Shown here piece by piece: positions 26,501-30,969 of a DNA stretch of 30,969 nt. The number at the start of each line of letters is the position of its first letter. Within the stretch, counting starts at the first letter, position 1. Below the pieces are notes generated by a model. That model was not told where the DNA came from. It saw nothing but the letters and a program-made list of their open reading frames with translations, and made no database searches. The DNA comes from a virus (Duplodnaviria; Caudoviricetes), in IMG/VR virus record IMGVR_UViG_3300008267_000224, positions 1 to 30,969 of that record, one strand, 5' to 3'. The position numbers and the translations under genes were made by a program.

Positions 26501-28447
26501 CAAAAATGAACCATTAGTTCTATTGTTGACCGTGTATGAACCAATTGTTGATTCTGAGTTACCACCTTCACTAGATATTAAATTACCTTTAATGTCAGGA
26601 GTATCTAAATCAGGACTATCACATGGACACGATTCACAGTCAGGATATGACATCATAGGTAGGTTAATTCCTTTAAATTTAAATCCAACAATATCTTTAA
26701 ATTTTATTATAACTAAAGCTGTGTAACCTAAAGTAAAAAGACCCATCAATATCGCCTTTGCAAATGACCAAGCTATAAAACCAGGTGCCGGAGCGATAGT
26801 ACCCAAAGCGGTTATCGCATCCTGAAAGTAACCATAAGTTAGAAAACCAAATAATACCGGAACTACAACAATTAAAAAGAATTTTACTATCGGTAGTAAA
26901 AATGCTAAAATGTGTATTACAGGTATTAATACTATGAATACGGGTGTAAAAATAGTTATCATTAAATTGAATAGGAAAAATATGAAATCAAAATTTTTCA
27001 CCCCGTCATTAACAGGAAACCTATTATTTGTTGTGGTACAAGCTCTGTCTGTAATTTCTTTAATACCTAAATGTCTACTTCTATTTGTTCCCCATTTCCA
27101 TCTGTCAATAAAGTTTGAAATGGTATAAACCTTATTATATGTAAACTCATAAAATGAGTCTTCACAATCAATCGCAGCTTGTGGGTCTGCGTAATCATTC
27201 CAATCCAAACTAAATGCATATGATTTTAATTGTTCTGTTTGGTTTACTGATGAAAAAACACCCGCACTTGTCCACCCATATTCTCTAATATTTGGTACTA
27301 AATAATCGGCCCTTAAAATGTCATTATTAAGTCCGTCCTCATTTTGATATTGTATTCTAAAACGATATTTACCTTTTGTTGGTATACCTACACTAGGGTC
27401 ATTTGAAATTACTTGGTTACCGAACTCATCTGTTATAACGTAATCTAAGTTCATTGGTACTTCTACTAACCACGTACCGTCATCATCGATTACATTTCCA
27501 CCTTCAGGTAATGAGAATCTTTCAAGTATTGGTCTTCCTGTTGTGTCATAGTTAATTGTTTGTCTTAATGCTAAAATTTTACCTGATGAGGTAGTCATAT
27601 CACAAAGGTTACCTGTATTCTTTTTAGGTTTACAATTAGCCTTTAAGAAGTCTTCTTCTGTTGAAGACACAACGGACCCCATGAATATTGCTTGTGGTTT
27701 AATTTCAATTCCTAAATCTCTTAAATCGAAATCTACTCTTGTGATGCCTATATCACATATTTCTTGTTCACCCCAAAAAGATGAAACATTAATATCTTTT
27801 TTTTGATTAACTATTTGTGGTAATGAATCTAAGTCTGTTGATGCCTTGAACCTGTTACCGTTAAACTGTCCAGCAGCACCTCTACCTAATCTTATTAAGT
27901 CGGCTGGTCCTAAAGAAAAACAACCAATGTTAGATAAATCTAAATCCATCATAATTGTCTGTATACCTAATGGTACCCCTATAATCATAAAGTCACCACT
28001 TTCATTTGTTTTTACGGTGTACTTATAATATTTTTCATAAACCTCAAGAACTTCTTTTCTAGTTAAAACGTCTTCTCTATCGGGAAAAGTTCCTGTTGGT
28101 GTGTGCCCTTCGTACTCTTTTACATATGGTAGTAAATTATACCTATAACCATCTTCATTTTTTTGTTCGATACGTTTGTATGGGTATAATGTAGAAATAA
28201 CAGGATCTGTTTCGTCTTCGGCGGAAAGCGGTACAAATACAGATATATTTGCGTTTGGTATGCCATAACCTCCGTTTGTTATAACTCTACCAACAACTAC
28301 ACCGTAGTCAGCACAAAATCTAGTGTAAACATCATCTTGTCTAAGCTTTAAAGAAAGAATTTCTAAAAAATCGAAATCCTGATTGATATTGATTCTTATA
28401 TTTTTATCATCACCAGGTGTTGTTCTAATTCTATATGTTTTAGTCAT
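23510..28447 (-). CDS. Large baseplate-module protein with an N-terminal carboxypeptidase-regulatory-like beta sandwich and an internal hydrophobic (TM-like) block
   Basis: GVVVGRVITNGGYGIPNANISVF...VKTNESGDFMIIGVPLG; hydrophobic stretch at about aa 487-585; 1645 aa; follows the gp6-like gene. Confidence 0.55.
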   Translation of the reverse strand: MTKTYRIRTTPGDDKNIRININQDFDFLEILSLKLRQDDVYTRFCADYGVVVGRVITNGGYGIPNANISVFVPLSAEDETDPVISTLYPYKRIEQKNEDGYRYNLLPYVKEYEGHTPTGTFPDREDVLTRKEVLEVYEKYYKYTVKTNESGDFMIIGVPLGIQTIMMDLDLSNIGCFSLGPADLIRLGRGAAGQFNGNRFKASTDLDSLPQIVNQKKDINVSSFWGEQEICDIGITRVDFDLRDLGIEIKPQAIFMGSVVSSTEEDFLKANCKPKKNTGNLCDMTTSSGKILALRQTINYDTTGRPILERFSLPEGGNVIDDDGTWLVEVPMNLDYVITDEFGNQVISNDPSVGIPTKGKYRFRIQYQNEDGLNNDILRADYLVPNIREYGWTSAGVFSSVNQTEQLKSYAFSLDWNDYADPQAAIDCEDSFYEFTYNKVYTISNFIDRWKWGTNRSRHLGIKEITDRACTTTNNRFPVNDGVKNFDFIFFLFNLMITIFTPVFIVLIPVIHILAFLLPIVKFFLIVVVPVLFGFLTYGYFQDAITALGTIAPAPGFIAWSFAKAILMGLFTLGYTALVIIKFKDIVGFKFKGINLPMMSYPDCESCPCDSPDLDTPDIKGNLISSEGGNSESTIGSYTVNNRTNGSFLADTNTGPTWGALSGPINGAEPAQLNPDDYQGNEATRQSKYQADLNGYRYSIAGYPTSPEFGAPVTYIFSNNSNNIYLPARDITYSQSLNLANVRARYFDGTNVIQTKVNNGNAPSTPFEDNMLILLCDPGTINQYTTGSLLSFVDPNNISDNNLNGAIQNQFGNNSITGTTQTAVTVNSQYINTNGNTVPYTLYLTASTTEREYKYKAGNEYFQVVTGMTAGDVNSMITSNTNGLLYKYFINKLQRTYYQPSTGGNPILLSINQLKSTGTDIWPKFEILFLVRGVDPYTEKQNIKYDLSKLFGHSSFGSGPIIEGSYFLNVPIQPNTTNGGSWYNNYITPEDHTINLNSKIYYNPFNFNVDTTSFSPVTSSVIKYYSSLDKSKALFVPAGGNALSYYFGTAAVSENGNNSLFFNGTTYQNNVEGGSFIGCSNNAGQINGPFSSYNGRVYAPTYSSSLSVTITSSNPKLILRSDRLPTSDKIQTYGNNSLSLHMNDSFAAYILDDSSSPSNPTEGNTATDTSNNSADFPGDQPSFADAVLDSFSCESMVPLRCYNSALDNNGDPTITVLDPCDKNEDPVRVKNGCYQLIKKPYVINLGKDIQNFLEWKTRFRFMFGACRGVFSHVFQNNWVNGTLYMFSFKKQTIFSVTGQPKKYKFCGTLDNLYREGQGPIFYTETTTNSFFYRSSPYDGNNFVGQVAQKSTYSNPNTYTNADVEFGGMNERNLFFPTTIMDMGPRDEFLKEICNNSSFQGYIADTLKSTSFNDTADILQLAIISRLMNSNWLGALFNAGDASINKMFSRTEDRLDGDIVQLFSINSEYGVQPFGDDNYDDQDLYVQATGDATVGIFFSSDTVNRKLISPGTVTFSITPSLNFYYGFPKSQEVPLYKWKWATQTSIFGSELNDWYTTAPYYSQKYQSLNFTTQTPPGVSPYFNTTNTGQLGYIYNSDANGDTLSTWSSAFMDKNIVGAPYHFYFGLRKGKSAINRYITRYILNQDV

Positions 28448-28459
28448 TATTTCTTTTAA

Positions 28460-28467
28460 AATAAATA
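28460..28467 (-). promoter_or_regulatory. TATTTATT variant of the putative late promoter motif
   Basis: One mismatch; 12 nt upstream of the ATG at 28447. Confidence 0.4.
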
Positions 28468-28521
28468 GTTAATTTAGTCTTTTTACAAAACTAAACCTCA
28501 ATTAAAATAAAATAAAGGGAT

Positions 28522-30360
28522 TTAAGAAAAGTCGGTAGCTTGAAGTTGTTTAACTCTAATGTTAATATCTCTACTATCGAATCTTATTTGATATATTTGG
28601 TCAGGTTCTGCAAATATTGTATCGTCAACCAATTCAATTTCTTTTGTTTCTTTATCTGAATATCTTTGTGAAGTTTCTGATGACGAATATAACCCACCAA
28701 CCCTATTATAAACTTTTAAATCCGCTAAAGTCACAACGCCTGCGGTATTTTGAATTAATTTTCTAATGTCAGATACATTAACATTTTGACCTAAATCTCT
28801 ATTACCGGGTCTCATGTATGTCGATATTTGATCAATAACGTCAGTTATAATTTCACTCTGTGATGTATTATTTTCAATCACAATTGAAATTTCAAATTCT
28901 AAGTCGACCACTTTTGCAATATCAATAGAGATGTAGTCATTAACCATTCGGTATTTAGAAAGGTACGTCGCTAAGTTTGATTTTAAACTATCGGGCACTA
29001 CTTGTGTTAAATTTCCATCCGTATCATATGAAAGTATCTGAACGGTTACTTTGTTATTATTTTCAGTTATGGCCACTTTAGCTGGTGCACCAAATTTACC
29101 AGGCATTGTATCAATTAAAGATTTATAGTCATTTACAGTTACTGCTCTTTTTTGTGCCGCAAAATTAAATGAAACCATATTTCTAACCTCTTCGGTTGTA
29201 GGTGGATTTGCTCCTCCAACAGCAGCAGTAACATTATTCGCCCTTAATGATTTAATTACATTGGTATTTACATTGTCTGAAGGACCGTTTACTGCAAAAT
29301 TTACTGTGCCAACCTGATTAATTACTCCTACACCAACATTAGCAACCGCACCACCACCAACTCTATATTGTACAAAAAGAGTGGTATTTGGTGTGACGGT
29401 TAAACCTAAACCTATGTTGTTTTGATATTTTTGTATATTCAATGGTGTTCCTGCCCTTGCAAATTGTTGTAGTTGTTGGTTTGGTGTTGTAGTTCCTCCG
29501 CCAAACTGAATTTTCATATAACCTTCAGGTGTATATTCGGTAATAAATCTATTATCAGTTTTAAGGTATTTTCCGACTTTAACACCAGCATTATCTACAG
29601 GTTTTGTTGGGTCTTCGATGAAGACCGTATCTTCTGCCAATGCGTCAACTTCATACCATTTACTTTGTGATGTAACAAACTCTGTGGAGCTTGGTGTTGA
29701 TTGGTATTCTGTACCATCTTTTTGAATTATGCCGGTAATACCTAAAACATTCTTTTCAGGTAAAAAGAAATTAAAAAATGGTACTACATCTTGTGTATTA
29801 ACAACTCTTTTAAAAACTTTAGTAACACCATTAACAACCACTTCTCTCTTAGTTATTGTATAATTTATAATATTATTATTAGTATCAAAGTTTGGTATTT
29901 TTGTTCTATTCACGACACCTTCGTTATTATACTGGGTAGAAAAATCTACATCATATACGGTCTCAAAAGTGGCTCCACCACCATTAAACTGAGCGCCTGA
30001 TCTTAATAACCCTAAGTATCTTGTATCTTCGCTATCACCTAATGCGGGTACTGTTATTGATATGTCTATTAAAGCAACAGACGGTCTAAATCCCGGTACT
30101 TTTAATCCATAAGTTCTTGCAATATTATAAATTGAAGATCTCTGTTGAGCATATTGTAATACTGTTTCTTGAATACTTCTATCTATATGGAAATGCAAAT
30201 TATCACCAATAGCGGCATTTAAATCCATCAAAACCGAAAATATAGATGCGTCATTAAAGTTTTGTATTACTTCAGGATAATACTGTTGTGTATAATTAAT
30301 TAAATCTTGTCTTAAACTTTCGAAGTCTCTACTTGTGTAATTTATCTTATTTGTTGCCAT
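28522..30360 (-). CDS. Baseplate wedge subunit, T4 gp6 / baseplate J-like
   Basis: YTSRDFESLRQDLINY, AQQRSSIYNIARTYG, IQFGGG, YRVGGG and GGANP..EEVR...AQKRAVTVNDY are gp6/J-type motifs; directly after the gp25-like gene. Confidence 0.9.
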   Translation of the reverse strand: MATNKINYTSRDFESLRQDLINYTQQYYPEVIQNFNDASIFSVLMDLNAAIGDNLHFHIDRSIQETVLQYAQQRSSIYNIARTYGLKVPGFRPSVALIDISITVPALGDSEDTRYLGLLRSGAQFNGGGATFETVYDVDFSTQYNNEGVVNRTKIPNFDTNNNIINYTITKREVVVNGVTKVFKRVVNTQDVVPFFNFFLPEKNVLGITGIIQKDGTEYQSTPSSTEFVTSQSKWYEVDALAEDTVFIEDPTKPVDNAGVKVGKYLKTDNRFITEYTPEGYMKIQFGGGTTTPNQQLQQFARAGTPLNIQKYQNNIGLGLTVTPNTTLFVQYRVGGGAVANVGVGVINQVGTVNFAVNGPSDNVNTNVIKSLRANNVTAAVGGANPPTTEEVRNMVSFNFAAQKRAVTVNDYKSLIDTMPGKFGAPAKVAITENNNKVTVQILSYDTDGNLTQVVPDSLKSNLATYLSKYRMVNDYISIDIAKVVDLEFEISIVIENNTSQSEIITDVIDQISTYMRPGNRDLGQNVNVSDIRKLIQNTAGVVTLADLKVYNRVGGLYSSSETSQRYSDKETKEIELVDDTIFAEPDQIYQIRFDSRDINIRVKQLQATDFS

Positions 30361-30361
30361 A

Positions 30362-30826
30362 TTATATATTAATTATTATAAATTCCCTTGACCCAAAAGC
30401 ATTATTGTTATTAACATAATCAATTCTGAGTTTAGCGGTATACTCTTGTGTATTTGCTCCCGGTACTCTATAAATGTCAGATGTCCCCAAAAGTTCTTGA
30501 TTTATCTCACCCGGCACCTCTTCTGAGTCTAAATACGGTGTTACAGTAATATCGTTTATTATAAGGTTTGGTATATACTTTTCTACCTGCTCTTGTATTT
30601 CTGATTTTATCCCTTCAAACGTTTCTCCATCTAAAGGATCGAATATAAACTCATATATTCTAGTTCCAAAGTCAGGTAAAAAATACCTACTACCTTTTCT
30701 AGTTAATATTAAATGTAACAAACTAGACCTTATTTCTTCGTCAGTTGTTTGAGAAAGAGAAAAATAATACCCTTGTTGACTAACTCTAAAAGGAAAATTA
30801 ACACCATAAGTTGTACCATCTGCCAT
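30362..30826 (-). CDS. Baseplate wedge subunit / sheath initiator, T4 gp25 / GPW-like
   Basis: GVNFPF...EEIRSSLLHLILTRKGSRYFLPDFGTRIYEFIFDP...EKYIP is the GPW_gp25 signature. Confidence 0.92.
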   Translation of the reverse strand: MADGTTYGVNFPFRVSQQGYYFSLSQTTDEEIRSSLLHLILTRKGSRYFLPDFGTRIYEFIFDPLDGETFEGIKSEIQEQVEKYIPNLIINDITVTPYLDSEEVPGEINQELLGTSDIYRVPGANTQEYTAKLRIDYVNNNNAFGSREFIIINI

Positions 30827-30830
30827 ATCT

Positions 30831-30864
30831 AATAAATATAATGTGGTATTATTTTATATAAATA
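30831..30864 (-). promoter_or_regulatory. Two copies of the putative late promoter motif at the head of the baseplate operon
   Basis: TATTTATA at 30857-30864 and TATTTATT at 30831-30838 (4 nt before the ATG). Confidence 0.55.
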
Positions 30865-30894
30865 AAAAAAATCACCGATTACTCAGTGATTTTT
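30864..30894 (-). terminator. Rho-independent terminator with GNRA tetraloop
   Basis: Minus strand AAAAATCACTGA-GTAA-TCGGTGATTTTT-TTT; stem has one U-G pair and overlaps the stop codon of the upstream gene. Confidence 0.8.
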
Positions 30895-30969
30895 CTTGTA
30901 GGTTTATATTTCCTCTTTCATGTTTTGGTTCGTATGGACAATGTAAACATCCATTACCGCAACATCTAC
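30872..30969 (-). CDS. 3' end of a small Cys-rich DUF5522-like protein (partial)
   Basis: Manual translation ...RCCGNGCLHCPYEPKHERGNINLQEKSLSNR*; CCGNGCxHCPY is the DUF5522-type motif. Confidence 0.75.
   Translation of the reverse strand, partial: RCCGNGCLHCPYEPKHERGNINLQEKSLSNR

Noticed and set aside
28473-28495. Hairpin TTTAGTTTT-GTAAA-AAGACTAAA between the gp6-like and 1645-aa genes
   Set aside because: AU-rich with a single G-C pair and no clean U-tract; too weak to call a terminator.
2591-30000. Other short plus-strand ORFs and nested minus-strand ORFs (for example 8176-8370 and 24409-24660)
   Set aside because: All lie wholly or almost wholly within long minus-strand genes and have no recognisable motifs; expected shadow frames.
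15951-30826. Bacterial contractile injection system (eCIS/T6SS) or eukaryotic giant virus instead of a phage
   Set aside because: The linked primase and RuvC, the T4-like gp25/gp6 pair and bacterial-type terminators and promoter fit a large tailed phage better; no Afp/T6SS-specific or NCLDV core genes were recognised.
1-30969. Alternative genetic code (stop-codon reassignment) as in some large phages
   Set aside because: Genes tile the window densely under the standard code, and TAA, TAG (10272) and TGA (10559, 30872) all appear as plausible stops.
1-30969. tRNA or ncRNA genes, introns, inteins
   Set aside because: Intergenic gaps are all under ~80 bp and AT-rich; no cloverleaf, homing endonuclease or intein motifs were recognised by eye.

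Overview
AT-rich segment of a large tailed phage (myovirus type, probably infecting Bacteroidota). All genuine genes lie on the minus strand. In transcription order: the end of a small Cys-rich DUF5522-like gene and a terminator; a ~30 kb virion module (gp25-like and gp6/J-like baseplate wedge genes, a 1645-aa protein with an internal hydrophobic block, several uncharacterised proteins, a gp7/P2-I-like wedge protein, a cluster of Cys/Thr/Ser-rich fibre- or adhesin-like proteins with SprB-like repeats and Pro-Thr linkers, and a GT60-type polypeptide GlcNAc-transferase inside that cluster); a RuvC-like resolvase and a small protein; then a terminator, a host-type promoter and a DnaG-type primase running off the left edge. 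The most striking signal is a candidate virion O-glycosylation system: the GT60 enzyme sits next to mucin-like (PT)n proteins, and a [ST]-[GA]-x-[ST] motif is strongly enriched in peripheral structural proteins only. Other highlights are a circularly permuted Fib_succ_major domain, a domain shared between the wedge and fibre proteins, and a recurring TATTTATA motif upstream of structural genes. Family calls come from motif recognition by eye, not database searches, and all counts are hand counts.
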